Assembly (NCBI RefSeq): GCF_006345805.1
Contig: NC_043004.1
Location: 37,448,001 to 37,512,000 of the forward strand
Origin: Octopus sinensis
Lineage: Eukaryota
Length of the DNA: 64,000 nucleotides
Direction of reading: 5' to 3'
The position numbers and the translations under genes are program-made. Within the stretch, counting starts at the first letter, position 1. Every line of letters starts with the position of its first letter. Below the pieces are notes generated by a model. The model was not told the origin of the DNA. It saw only the letters and a list, made by a program, of their open reading frames with translations, and ran no database searches. Shown here in pieces: positions 51,319-64,000 of this stretch.

Positions 51319-52656
51319 GTAAGCCTTTCTTTATTATTTTGTTGAAGATATTGAGAGAGTTCTGATCTTGAAATGCCTTACAGTATCAGCTTCATCTCTT
51401 TCTTTGTTGTGAATTCAAATTCTACTTGGTTTGATTAAATAAGTGCAATAGATTGGGGCTGGAAGCAATCATAGGTTTGCTCTCCTTCAAAAATTTCGCT
51501 TTCTTTGAAGTCATTAATGTTGTGTTGTATGTAGTGATTGATATAATATGAGAGTAGTTATTGAATCTCAGCCAAGTTTTACTTCAGATTGTGATAATTT
51601 ATGACTGTTTGTTTGGTAGAGTGAATTTTAAAACGATTATGTAATACAAAATACTGCTGAGTTAAAGGCTTTCAAATTCAGATTTAATTAGTTCACTATA
51701 TGCAGTTCTACACTGTTATTATTTATATGTGAACATATACAACCAGATTTCTGATTAAATAATATGTGATTCAAATTACATTTTTTTAATGGCTTAGTTG
51801 CAAGAGCTGTGCCCATGTCTTTTGTAGGTTTTCTGAGGCTGGCTTGAATGCTGCAGTTAATGTTGAAGTTGAATATTTATAAGTTGACATTTGCAGGAAA
51901 TATGTTGATGGTGTGGCAACTCTGAAGAGGAAAGATAGGGTTAAGTGGTTAGTGCAATGTTGGTCAGTGAAACACTTGGATTGGGGAGAGGGGAAGAGAT
52001 GGGTGTGTGTAGGAGGGAACTAGTGTGTTCAGAGGGGCAAAAGTGGTTGAGACAACTTTAGAATGGAGAGAAGAGACAGCAAGTATTAATTGATTACTCT
52101 GATGACTTTCTTTTTGGATGGTTGAGAATATTTGTTTGTAGCGGCAGTGCTGTTCATGTATTTCTCCTCTGCATTTTGTCAAGGATCATTAGATAGTCCG
52201 GAAGAAGAGTGTGAGTTTTGTGATAGAGTTTTAGCTATGATGTAAGTGGGTTTGATCAGATATTGTGTGAATGAAGCCAATAATCTTTTCTACTATAGAC
52301 ACAAGGCCTGAAATATTGGGAGTGGGGGGGACGGCTAATTGATTACATTGACTCTAGTGTGCAGCAACTGGTCCTTGTTACATTGACCCCCAAAAGGATG
52401 AAAGTCAAAGTTGACCTTGGAAGAATTTGAACCCAGAATATAAAGATGGATGAAATGCCACTAAACATTTCGTCCAGTATGCAAACAATTCTGCCAGCAA
52501 GACTGACAAAAGAATGTCTGTGCAATGAGCAGTGAATATTACCAAAAATTTTGTCCAAATTCACTGCTTTTCTCATTGATGCATCATAAACTGTTTTGTG
52601 GTTTATATTGGCAAAACATATATACATATGTATTTATAAATATACACACACACATA

Positions 52657-53949
52657 TATGAGGGTAAGTCAAAAATTATATGTACCTTTGTTTCTGTGAT
52701 TTATTAAGACAAATGCAGGGATTGAACAATTACATGATGTTTCAACATAGTCCCCCCCTCGCTTTCCAGTGCACTTATTCCAACAGTCTGCAAGTTTGCT
52801 TTTTCCAACAGAAAAGAAGGTTTTTGGCTGGTCACACAGCCATTTATACACTGCTTCTTCTTCTTCTTCTTCTTCTGTAGCAAGTCGACAATCTTGTAGA
52901 GGTTGTTTGAGTGGTCCAAAGAGGTGATGGTCAGAAGGGATGAGTGAGATCTGGGCTGTATGCTGGACTATCCAACAACTCAAAACCCAGAGTTTTTCAA
53001 TGGTGTGGGCATGTATCGTCAAGCAACAGTAACACTTGCCTTAACAATAGGCCTTGGTGTTTATTGAGAATTAATTTCGTTTGTTGGACAGCATTTCACT
53101 AAGGCATACAGTGGTAGACTGTAGACTTCTTTTCCAGGTAATGTTCCAGCTTAGGCCCTTTTGTGTACCCAAAAATGGTTAACATCACTTTTTCTGTGGA
53201 AGGTCGAGTCTTGAATTCCTTTTTCATTGGCAATCCTGGGTGTTTCCACTTCATATTCTGCCTTTTGGCTTGTGGCTCATTGATAGACCCAGGACCCATC
53301 TCCTGAAAGTATTCCCTCCAAAACAGCTTTACCTTTATCAATACAAAGGTTGAATAAGTATTGACAAATCTTCACACCACTGTAAGCACTCTTGGCATCC
53401 ATCTCACACACATTTTACAAAAGCAAAGCTTGCCAAGGATGATTTCATATGCAGAACCATGAATAATTTGTAGAGAACAAAGGCTACTTCATTGAGGGGT
53501 CACTCATTGATTCACCAGAACCATCTCTCAAGCTTGTTGAATCCTTCTCACATCAGTGGTGGCGGTTGATGAGCATCCTGCTCTCTCTCTCTCTTCATGC
53601 TTCACATTTCTTTGGCCATTTTCAAACTTCTTGATCCACTTACACGCACACTTCTACACAGTAGAGCATTGTCCCTGTATTGTACTGAAAGCTTGCAATG
53701 AATTTCAGCACCTGAAACACAGACCAGTGAAATTGGATCACTGATCTCTGTTCTTCCTTGGTGCACACTGCCAGCAAAGTAGGCATGTCTTCTTCATTAA
53801 CTCAAGGCAGAAAACTGGAGGGATGAAGGTCAAATCTTGGTTATGTAACCACAAGAATACCACTTTTTAGTAAGGCAAGCACCAAAGGCAGTGCAGCCAG
53901 CCTAAAAAAGTTTTGTGAAAGTGCTGATAATTTTTGACTTCTCCTAGTA
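52657..53949 (-). mobile_element. Full-length (~1.29 kb) but decayed mariner element in MED28 intron 2
   Basis: TIR TATGAGGGTAAGTCAAAAATTAT / ATAATTTTTGACTT-CTCCTAGTA. PSDHHLFGPLKQPL...WNKC...GDYVE C-terminus and KVMLTIF motif. Confidence 0.88.
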
Positions 53950-54183
53950 TATTATGAATTTTTTTTTCAAAGTTTCCATCTACAAAATTTTATGCACTGT
54001 GAGATTGAACCCAGAATCACATGGTTGTAAAGCAAAATTCTTAACCATATAAATCATGAGTGAGTTCCTTTTAAGGTATCTCTTTGAAATTGTTTAGGAA
54101 ATTTGTTTTAAATTCCTCTTTTGAAATAGTTTTGAACATAAACTCGTATATATTTTTACTAAATGTCTTGAAATATTTTCTAG

Positions 54184-54296
54184 GTATTGAACATGCACTT
54201 CAAAGATTCTTAGAAGTTGGGCGGCAAATGGAAGCATTTTTTCTTCGGAAGAGAATGATTCTTTCAATACAAAAACCTGAGCAAGTTATAAAAGAG
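54184..54296 (+). CDS. MED28: MED28 exon 3 (G-IEHALQRFLEVGRQMEAFFLRKRMILSIQKPEQVIKE)
   Basis: 113 nt, TTTTCTAG acceptor, GAG|GTAAA donor. KPEQVIKE is identical to human. Confidence 0.96.
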
Positions 54297-55818
54297 GTAA
54301 AAGGACATGTAATAGAAAGAAAAATTCAAAACTATCTTTTTCAGACCATCAATTACTTGTTTGTAACAAAATATCTTATATTTTATAGATAAGATCTCAG
54401 ATGGTATTTCTTTTAATTTTTTGATAATTATTTTTAGTTATACAGCTAATTACTTTAGAAGAACCCAAACAGTCTTAAATCTTAATCATAAAATTCAAAT
54501 ACAAAAGGAAGTCACATTGACATAATATTCCAAAATTACTACACAGTAAACTTAGAAGCAGATATCTTTAAAAGAATATGAATAAAAACTAAAGCGTAGA
54601 TTAAATAAATAATGCTTGTGTTTAACTGGTAAAAAAAAACCCACTATTTTCTCCAAGTATAACAATATTTATATGTATGTATATATATATATGTGTGTGT
54701 GTGTTGATCCAGGAAGACATGAGACAAGGTGGTGAAGCATGATCTTCAAACGTTGGGCCTTATGGAGATGTTGGTGATATGCTGTGCTTGAGAAGACTTG
54801 TCAAACCAAGTGAAACCATAGTTGTGGCCGTTACTGGTATCATGTAAATGGTACCCCATTGCCAGTGGCACATACAAAGCACCCATTACGCTCTCAGTAT
54901 GGTTGGTGTTAGGAAGGGCATCCAGTCATAGACCACAATATGGAACCTGGTGCAGCTCTCTGGCCTACCAGTTCCAATCAAACCATCTAACCCATGCCAG
55001 CATGAGAAGCAGATGTTAAATGATGATGATACATACATACACACACGCGTATATATGTCCCACCCATGTTAGCATGGAAGATGGACTTTAAATGATTATG
55101 ATTACCTACACATATCATCATTTAGTGTCCATTTTTTATACTGACATGGGTTGGATGGTTCGACTGGAACTGGTAGGTCAGAGAGCTGCACCAGGATTCA
55201 GTCTGTTTTGGCTTCGTTTCTACTGCTGCATACCTTTCCTAATGCTTACTGCTCCACAGAATTTACCAAATGTCTTTTATATGTCACTAGCATGGGTGCT
55301 CTTTATATGTCACTGGTACAGGCACTACATGTCACCAGCATGGGTGCCCTTTACATATCACCAGCACTATTTTGTTATGTAAGAATCCTTTAATGTTCCA
55401 GACACCTAATTAATTATGATGAAATTAGTTGTTTTAGAAAATCCCACCAAATTCATGGTTATTTTCAAAATTAATTAAAAGTCAGAGACATTGCATTTCA
55501 TTAGAAATATATTCAATAACATATAGTACTAAGTTCAAATCCTTCTGGCAAAGTTTTTGAGAAGCTGGAACTCTGTTGAAAGAGAGAGATGTCTTAACTG
55601 CTTCAAAAATACAACCGGCTCTGGTACATCATGATGTCTGACAATGAGAGCAAATAAAACTAAAAGAAGAATATGAAAACCCCCATACTGTAAAGCATAA
55701 ATAAAGGCTATAATTAGGGGGCAGGGGTTTGTAATTTTAAAAATATTTTCTTTAAAAAAATTACTCATTAATCTGAAGAGTTATTTATTCAACTTCAATA
55801 ACTTTAACTCTATTTTAG

Positions 55819-56178
55819 GAATTCACAGACTTGGAACAAGAATTGCTCCGCAAAGAATCTTTGCTGCAGAAACATCAACACCGTCTCCAACAGTGGCAGA
55901 GTCTATTGTGTAATCTACAGTCTGCTCAACAACAAACAAGTCTACCTCAGCCTACTTCTAAGCTTTCTCAACAACCGCAATCAGCAAGTAACTCAATGCC
56001 ATTGCATACAATGCAGTCAAATATGGCCAATTATTCCCAACATCCACCACCCTCGAATCCAACTGGAATGCAACCTACTTCTCAGTCCCTTGTCATGCCT
56101 CCTCCTCAACAACCAGGTTATCAACAAACTCCACTTGCTTTTCTCGAACAGACAATGTCTAACATTGGAATGCCATAG
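55819..56178 (+). CDS. MED28: MED28 exon 4 (EFTDLEQELLRKESLLQKHQHRLQQWQ...PLAFLEQTMSNIGMP-stop); joined CDS 202 aa
   Basis: TATTTTAG acceptor, in frame with the 55831-56178 ORF. LAFLEQ matches human LAYLEQ. AATAAA at 56216-56221. Confidence 0.94.
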   Translation, partial: EFTDLEQELLRKESLLQKHQHRLQQWQSLLCNLQSAQQQTSLPQPTSKLSQQPQSASNSMPLHTMQSNMANYSQHPPPSNPTGMQPTSQSLVMPPPQQPGYQQTPLAFLEQTMSNIGMP

Positions 56179-57244
56179 TAATTAAAATGATCTCCAGTAT
56201 TTTTTCTTTTTAATCAATAAATTGAATATAGATAAATATTTTTCAGTAAAGTTTTGTTATTTCACCAATGGTATTTTGTGATGATAATGATGATGGTCAT
56301 CATCATCATCATCATTTTACATGTGCTTTTTCTATGCTAGTAGAAACACAGAGCATCTCAAAATAAATACAGTAATGAAAGGGTTAAACTGAGTAGCCTA
56401 CATGTTGTCGACCTGACTGCTTGTGAACACTGTTGTAAGAAGACAAATGCCACATTTTGGTAAGCATTGTCCTTGACTTTTTGCTTATTGGCATAGTAAG
56501 TGCAGGTCTGACATAGAATTGACACTGTCTTATTATAGTGAAGAGAAAATCTGTATCAGATGATTGCAGGTTGGTATGGGACATCAGCAAAGTACACCCT
56601 GCATCAATACCAGTAATTTTACTTGCTTTTATGAAAATGTCTGCTGCAGATTTCTTGAAAATTGCTATAAGAAATTAATCATTGAACTAGCTTTCTGAAA
56701 TGATTGAAAGGAAGGAAGCAAGGTTGACAGAAAGTACCTGGGAATCTCAGTTATTTGTGTCTTGGAGAGAGAAAAAAAACTGGAAAGAAGGAAGGAAAGA
56801 GAAAAAGAAAAGAGTGGAAGAGGAATAAAAAAAGAATGCAAGAGTAAGAAAAGGAGTTAAAGTAAGAAAGAGAAAATGAGAGAGAGAGAGAGAGAGGAAA
56901 AGAAAGTAAGTGAAGTGGGGATAGGAAGAGAGAGAAAGAGAATAACAAAGAAGGAAGAAAGAAAAGAAACTAGGCAAATAGATTGATGGCAGTTTTTATT
57001 TTTAAAAAAGTAACTTATGAAATTAAACTAAAATAAAATATTTGTAAGTTTTCTGAAGAGACATGAATTTCGTTTCCTGTTTGTTTACTTTTTGTATTAA
57101 TTAACTTCTTTTAATATAAGAAATTTCTTATTTTCAATTATTATAACTTAACTGAATATTTTTAACAGCAGTATTGAGAAAGAAAACAGTTTGGTAATAG
57201 ACAGACAGAGACACAGAAAATACTGTTATATTTGTTTGTGTGTG

Positions 57245-58380
57245 TGTGTTTTTTTTTCTTGAAAGTTACAAGAAAATATGAGTTTTGTCAAGAAGTGTGT
57301 TCAGGGAAGCCACTCCTGTAGAGTTTAGGGGAGAAAGTTCCGCAATGTTTTTGAGAAATGTGTAGAAATTCTGCAAGTTTTTCTTCACAGTAAATCCATA
57401 CATTTCTTGATACATCGCTTCATGTTGCCCAATGATCCAGTCATATGCTTTAGCCGTCTTTGGAAAGAGGACCAATAGGCCTCAATGTGGTCCGTGCAAG
57501 CGTCAGTTTCAGGGTCGACAAAATTCTTTGAATGGTTATCCGTTCTGTGACTGTAACCCAGCTGTTGTAAGTTCCTATGGCTGGCCCATTTGTCTGTATG
57601 TATTATAGTACCAGGCAAAAACATTTTCAATTATAACAGCTTCTAGTGTTGCTGTGCTTCTGTTGTGTACACGATGTAGAAATCCTTTTTTCACAGTGTT
57701 GTCATAGTACCTATTTCTTTATTGCCCACAAGGGGCTAAACATAGAGGGGACAAACAAGTACAGACAAACAGATTAAGTTGATTACATCAACCCCAGTAT
57801 GTCACTGGTACTTAATTTATCGACCCCGGAAGGATGAAAGGCAAAGTCGACCTCGGCGTAATTTGAACTCAGAATGCAGTGGCGGGCAAAATACTGCTAA
57901 GTATTTCGCCCGGCGTGCTATCGTTTCTGCCAGCTCACCTGTCATCAACCCACGTTTGGTGGCCTATTCTCCCTCCATTGCTCTTCCTTTTAAGCTCTCA
58001 CCTATTTCTACCTCATGACCTGGACCACCAAGCGGAGCTTTCTCTCGAAGCATCTCCCTCGAACACACTTCTCAACAAAACTCATAACACTGGATCGCGG
58101 TTGTTATCTACTCCGGTAGATAAAGCCGCGGTGGACATAGGTGCCTTGAACACGAAATGCAAGACAATGTGAAATATTTTCTGTAAGGAAAACTTTTCCA
58201 TAAAAGTCTTTGTCTTTATAGAAATATTTTTTTACAATTTCTGCATCGCCACACAAATCCATTCTACACATTACCGAAGTTTATCCCCCCGCTAAACTCT
58301 ACTGGTGTGGCTTCCCTGAACACACTTCTCGACAAACGACAAAACTCATATTTTTTTGTAACTTTCAAGAAAAAAAAACA
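57245..58380 (-). mobile_element. Merlin (IS1595-like) transposon relic with ~100-bp imperfect TIRs and a SINE insertion
   Basis: VHNRSTATLEAVII..LPGTIIHTDKWASHRNLQQLGYSHRTDNHSKNFVDPETDACTDHIEAYW. Inverted repeats at ~57245-57345 and ~58275-58380. Confidence 0.8.
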
Positions 58381-58381
58381 C

Positions 58382-59180
58382 GGATCTTTTCGGTTTGAAC
58401 AGCAGTTTTTTCTAGCAGTGTCATATGAAATTGCCACCCATAATTATGACCCTAGTATCGATCTATTGCATTTCAATCTGTTTTAGGGTTAGGGGAAAGG
58501 GTATCTTTTTTTCTTCAGAAATGTAAATAAACCCAATCTGTTTCTTAAACGAGGGACATATTCATATGGCACAGAATGTTTTCACCTCAATAGACGTCAT
58601 TGATTGGTTGAAATTGAAGAAAAAAAAACCCAAATATCTTACAAACTATAGAATTTTCTCAATAAAGCCAAGAGAAAAAGATGTTTTATAAACACATTCT
58701 ACCAGTATATGAAGTTTAAAAATGTTTAGTTACTCTCTCTCTTTTACTTGTTTCAGTCATTTGACTGTGGCCATGCTGGAGCACCGCCTTTAGTCGAGCA
58801 AATCGACCCCAGGACTTATTCTTTGTAAGCCCAGTACTTATTCTATCGGTCTCTTTTGCCGAACCGCTAAGTGACGGGGACGTAAACACACCAGCATCGG
58901 TTGTCAAGCAATGCTAGGGGAACAAACACAGACACACAAACATACATATATATATATATACATATATACGGCAGGCTTCTTTCAGTTTCTGTCTACCAAA
59001 TCCACTCACAAAGCTTTGGTCGGCCCGAGGCTATAGCAGAAGACACTTGCCCAAGATGCCACGCAGTGGGACTGAACCCGGAACCATGTGGTTGGTAAGC
59101 AAGCTACTTACCACACAGCCACTCCTACGCCTTATGTGGAAATTATTTTTAAAAACTGCTGTTCAAACCGAAAAGATCCC
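58382..59180 (+). mobile_element. GGATC-MITE monomer interrupted by SINE B
   Basis: GGATCTTTTCGGTTTGAACAGCAGTTTT ... AAAACTGCTGTTCAAACCGAAAAGATCC. The body is homologous to the arms at 27940-28319. Confidence 0.8.
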
Positions 59181-60022
59181 CTTAGGCGTTTACATAGCTT
59201 CAGTTGAGATTTATGTATAATGATAATACTTATAATTAAGTTATAAGTGACAGGTTTATGGTCCAGATGGACAATATGTAAATGGAACACTTTCCACCAT
59301 AATTTTTTTTTTTTACGGAATCCCATGTTTTAGTTTATGAAGGTTCCGATTCTCAAAAAAAATTTCAAAAATTGCAACTTCAAAATTTGAATTAGTCCCC
59401 ATTTCATTTTTTACTTTTTCCAGAAATTGTTTTTGGCGAAATACGTACAAAAATACGGAGATTATGATTCTGAACCCCCCCCCTTAAGCAGGCTATTCAC
59501 ATGCTAGAAATAACAGCCAAATCTCACAAAAGAAATGTGTAATCAATCTACTTACCTTTCTGCAAAAGATTTCTTTCGGAATAATTTTTAGCAAAGTGAA
59601 ATTAAAATGTTTTTGGATCTTTTCGGTTTGATGACATCACTAGAAAAAACTGCCTTTCAAACCGAAAAGATCCGCCTAAAGTAATACACCACATCATGAA
59701 AGTGGTACCCATGAAGGTGGTGCCCAATCAGCCGTTATAACAATCTCACCGTTACAAAACTGGTGACCTCCCGACATGATAAAAGTAGTGACCTTTGTAA
59801 AAAATATATAAATTCAAATAGAAAATAGATGACAGTTTCATTACGACAGAATTATTTGATATTGAAGGTTGAAGGAAAGAAGAATGCTGAAGAAATAAAC
59901 AATAATAGTTGTAAGAAGTTTTAACTGCACTTTCTAGCAAACTAAATTTATACTTCATGGCTGTTTAAAGCATTATTTCACTAAGTGAAAAATTTTCTTT
60001 TTGAAAGTTTTAAAACATTTGA

Positions 60023-60616
60023 ATGGAAAAAAATATTAAAGAGTTTGAAATGCCTTATTTCGATAGAGGATATATGCAAGCTTCTATGAGAGTTTTTCCT
60101 CTTGCTTGGATGGATCTGGTTTGCTCAATTAGAAGCAAGTTTTGCAGCAAACAGAATACCAACAGAGGTTGGTATAGCATTATGTTAACTAATTTACCAT
60201 CACCTCTGAGCAATGAAATTAGAGACTTATTGTTAGATCCTACCAAACCATTTTCGTATTTTTCCATAAAGGAAGAGATACTAAAGAGGACTTCCAGCTC
60301 CAAGCAAAAAGAATTTGCTAAACCGTTCAATACCAAACTACTAGGTGACAGAAAACCTACTCAACTTCTTCATAGAATGAAAGAACTTCTTGGAAATCAA
60401 CAGATAGAAAAATCTTGTCTTAAAGAAGTTTTCTTTGGCAGGTTACCTCAAAACACTCAAACTCTACTTTCAGCGGTGAAAGAGCAAAACTCTCTCAAAC
60501 AATTAGAAGATTTGGCAGATGGTATTTTGGAATTATCATCTAGAGAGTCTGTAAATGCCTTGTCCTCCATTTCTTTAGACTTACAGTCGATGAAAGAAAA
60601 ATTTCACTTGGCTTGA
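60023..60616 (+). mobile_element. Ty3/Gypsy gag-like remnant
   Basis: LPSPLSNEIRDLLLDP...SIKEEILKRTS...LGDRKPTQLLHRMKELLG...FFGRLP...LADGILE. Confidence 0.8.
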
Positions 60617-60624
60617 CATGTCTT

Positions 60625-61200
60625 CTCAAGCACAGCATATCACCAAAGGTCTTGGTCACTAGTCATTGCCTTTGTGAAGTCGTCTTCCTGGGTCTACCCC
60701 TCCCAGACGTTCTCTCCACAGTTAGAGATCAGTACTTCTTTACACAGCTGTCCTCATCCATTTGCATCACATGACCATACTGGTGCAGCCGTTTCTCTTG
60801 CACATCACATCTGATGCATCTCTTATGCCTAACTGTTCTCTCAAGATGCTTACACTCTGTCAAACATGCACACTGACATTGCACATCCAGCAAAGCATAC
60901 TGGCTTCATCTCTTTTAAGCCTACACATGTCCTCGGCTGTCACAGCTCATGTTTCACTGCCATGTAGTATAGCTGTTTGTACATAGGCATCATGCAATCT
61001 GCCTTTTACTCTGAGAGATAGGCACTTTGTTGCCAGCAGGAGCTCTCTGAATTTTGCCCAGCCTAATCGTATTCTCACAGCTACGTTCTCGAAGCATCCA
61101 CCTCTGCTACTAACTTGGTTACCTGGATAAGGAAAGCTATCTACTACCTTTAGCTTGTACCCCTGGCAATTGATGGAGTCTATTTTCTGCACATTTTCAG
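60625..61200 (-). mobile_element. RTE-clade LINE RT C-terminal remnant
   Basis: VVDSFPYPG...RIRLGWAKFREL...LSLRVKGRLHDAYVQTAILHGSET. Confidence 0.8.
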
Positions 61201-62500
61201 TCTTTATTGTATCTGTGCATCTTCCACATACAAAAGCTATTTTCCCTTTTAGCCTTCCTCTGATATTGTTGCACCTTTTATGTGTCCAAAACTTACACCG
61301 GGTACATTTTCAGGTGCATATTTTGAACTAATGTCTATGTGGATGTGTTTAAAACAAGCATCAGGAGGAGCAAAAGTGCCTAAAGGTGTTTTGATATACT
61401 ATTGAACTTTGGCTTTCTGGCACTGTATACAAACAGCATGTTCAACTATGAATATCTTTTTGCATACTTGGCCATACAAAACAACTTGAAATCAATTTTG
61501 CTGTTGCTGAAATACCAGGATAAGATTAATAATGAAAGAGGAGAAAGCAGTTCATCTATGATTCTTTGGAAAATAAAGTCAAGAAAAACCAATAGAAACA
61601 TCACACCAAGTAGACAAATCAGTGGAATATAATGGCAATAGACAGAAATCTAAAAAAAGTGAATCCAGTTTTCAGAGTTGTAAAAATTCGTCTTCTTTCT
61701 ATTGATCCAAAGTAATCAGTTGAATCAGGGATGTGCAAAGCATTGACATGAACATTAGAGAAGGTATCTGCCTCTGAATTATCAATACCTTGATGTAACA
61801 GATGTCCACAGTGAACTGTGAAATAAACTCAAGGTATCTGATAACTCCAGGTGAATATTTATCTGTTTTAGATTGCAGTGCAAAATATTAATGGTTTATG
61901 ATTGGTGAAAATCATAAACTGTGACCCTTCTAAAAAATGTTGAAAATGTTTTGCTTTTGAATAAGCAACCAAAAGTGCTGTATCTTATTTTTGCTTACTT
62001 CTGGCATTTGGAAAAAGAAGAAATGTCTATCAAGCATTGTGGAAAAATTGTTGCAGAACTTTGCCAGTCTCTATCTGAAGCATCAAGCTAATGGTGCTTC
62101 CAGAACTGGATGTGTTAACTGTAACTTTCAATAATTTGTTCATAACATCATCAAAAGCTTTCAATATTGCTGAATTCAATGATATAGTTTCATTCTCTTT
62201 TTTTTATTACATAGCAATTTGGTGAGAGGAAAAATAGTTTCTGTACAATATAGAAGTGAATAAGTCTAAGAAATTCTCAAAACTTCCTTAGTGAAGTAGT
62301 GCCTGGAATATTACAAAAGCATAGACTTTCTCTCTTACTGGACAAATTACATCTTTATTTATGACATATCCCAAAAATGCAATGGAAGGGATGTCAAAAA
62401 GACATTAGAGGTGTTAATTTATAAGACCATGCTGTGATAAATGAGTAAAAAGCTGTTCCAAATGAAGAAAATATTGCTCTTCTGTGGGGCTAGTAATTGA

Positions 62501-63310
62501 TTAGTTATCAATGTAAACAAAAACAACATCTAGACCACAAAGAACTTCATCAATAAACATTTGGAAAGTGTCAACAGCATTGCAAAGGCCGAAAGACATT
62601 CTAATAAACTCAAATAAGTCAAAAGGAGTAGTTATTGCTGTCTTGGGAATGTTGGCTGGTTCAATAGGAATTTGGCTATAGGCACATATTTGATCTTCAA
62701 AAAGACTATACAACCATGTAAAGATGCAGAAAAATTGTGAATATGCAGGATAGGATATCTGTCTGATATAGTCAAAGCATTTAAATGCCTGTAGTCACTG
62801 CAAGGGTGCCTATGTCCCTGAGAATGTTTTGAGACAAGAGGAAGTTACTGCTAGAAGGTTGAATTATATCAAGGTCCAACATATGACCGAACAACGCTTC
62901 CTTAGCAATTTTAAGCTTGTCCGTGGTAAGGTGTCTGGAATGAGATGACATGGTGAGTAACCAAGTGCACTGGAGTCTGGTTATGGAACATAGTATGAGT
63001 AATGTTAAGAAATTCCTGAAGAATCTCATGGATACTGATGGAACAAAAAGATGTAGATTGATGGGAAAAGGCTTTGAATGCATACCTTGTGCTGATAACT
63101 CATTTCTGGTATCAATCAACTGCTTGAACCTTAAATCAAGTAGAAGACGAAAATGGTGTAAGAAGTCAGCTCTGAGTATAGAATATGGTAAGTCTGTGAT
63201 GATGAATATCCAGTTAAAATGTTGCCTTAGATTTAGGTCCAAAATAAAAGTCTTTTCTGTGTATGTAGGAACAGGTGAACGATAAGATATGAGAGAATTT
63301 ACAAACAAAA
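62501..63310 (-). mobile_element. Ty3/Gypsy pol remnant (protease region and RT)
   Basis: LNLRQHFNWIFIITDLPYSILRADFL, IIQPSSS and AYSQIPIEPANIPKTAITTPFDLFEFIRMSFGLCNAVDTFQMFIDEVL...FVYIDN. Confidence 0.85.
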
Positions 63311-64000
63311 GGGTTTTATATTTAAATGTGAAAGAATAAAGGAAGTTTTTTGATATCTAAAATTTAACTGCTACTTCAGGCATACTGGAAAGGCAGCATA
63401 TAATGGGAAGTCATACATCCAGCTTGGTGGTAGGAAAGTCAGTGATACTTGAATGGAAAAAGCACCTTGCTTGCTGTTGTTGTGTCAGGTCTACCAAATA
63501 TGGCCGTAAGTTTTGCTGATGGTCTTGCTGTATTCTTTCGTCATTTTATGCTTGGGTGTCACCAATTGTAACATGGTCAGAAGAAGGCTGCCTTATGTTT
63601 ATGAACATAATTTATTGTTACATTAATATAGGTGTCCATACAATATAAGCAAAGGAATATTCAAATGAAACAATGTAGATGACAAGTGTAGTAAGTCTTC
63701 ATCAGAAATTCCATATTTGGGCTAATTTTTACACATCAATAGTGTGTTTTCTTGTTTTCTTGTGCCAGGCTGAACATGTAGCTGTCAACAACAGCTGTTG
63801 ATTGGATCAAAACTGGGTTTGTATACATGATCAACTTGTGATTTCTATGTGACAAAACATGGGGTTGAATCAAACTGTTACAAGTGACAAAATACTTAAC
63901 TACTATTTTTTTATAAAACTACTAGCAGTATCGCCCGGCGTTGCTCGGGTTTGTAAGGGAAATAACTATATAAGCATTTTTAGATATGTAAAGTATAATA

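Noticed and set aside
55831-56178. ORF-track 115-aa stand-alone protein starting at TTG
   Set aside because: It is MED28 exon 4. The true exon starts at 55819 after a TAG acceptor.
60023-63310. A single intact Gypsy element (gag plus pol)
   Set aside because: The gag is on plus and the pol on minus, both are decayed, other repeats lie between them and no LTR pair was found. They are separate fragments.

Overview
AT-rich, repeat-dense eukaryotic genomic DNA, not prokaryotic. The SINE/RTE repeat landscape suggests an octopus or other cephalopod (inference; no search run). Three spliced housekeeping genes were reconstructed by hand, and the ORF track largely misses them. (1) AMD1, S-adenosylmethionine decarboxylase proenzyme, minus strand, coding exons 26893-26796, 13997-13911, 4681-4555 and 439-365, continuing off the left edge. 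(2) TRAPPC1/Bet5, plus strand, 4 exons, 33347-43014, 143 aa, complete. (3) MED28, plus strand, 4 exons, 49872-56178, 202 aa, complete. The rest is mostly transposon debris: RTE and CR1 LINEs, Penelope-like elements, a CRE-clade retrotransposon, Ty3/Gypsy pieces, mariner, a Merlin transposase relic, MITEs, non-autonomous Helitrons, three SINE families and microsatellites. Best leads: two tandem uORFs plus an in-frame PP-rich stretch in the AMD1 leader (candidate polyamine-sensing module), a U12 minor intron in TRAPPC1, minimal hammerhead-ribozyme motifs inside AMD1 intron 2, a ~1.07-kb nested palindrome just upstream of AMD1 (a similar architecture sits upstream of MED28), and a Merlin transposase/MITE partnership. 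Gene and short-motif coordinates were counted by hand; repeat boundaries are approximate.
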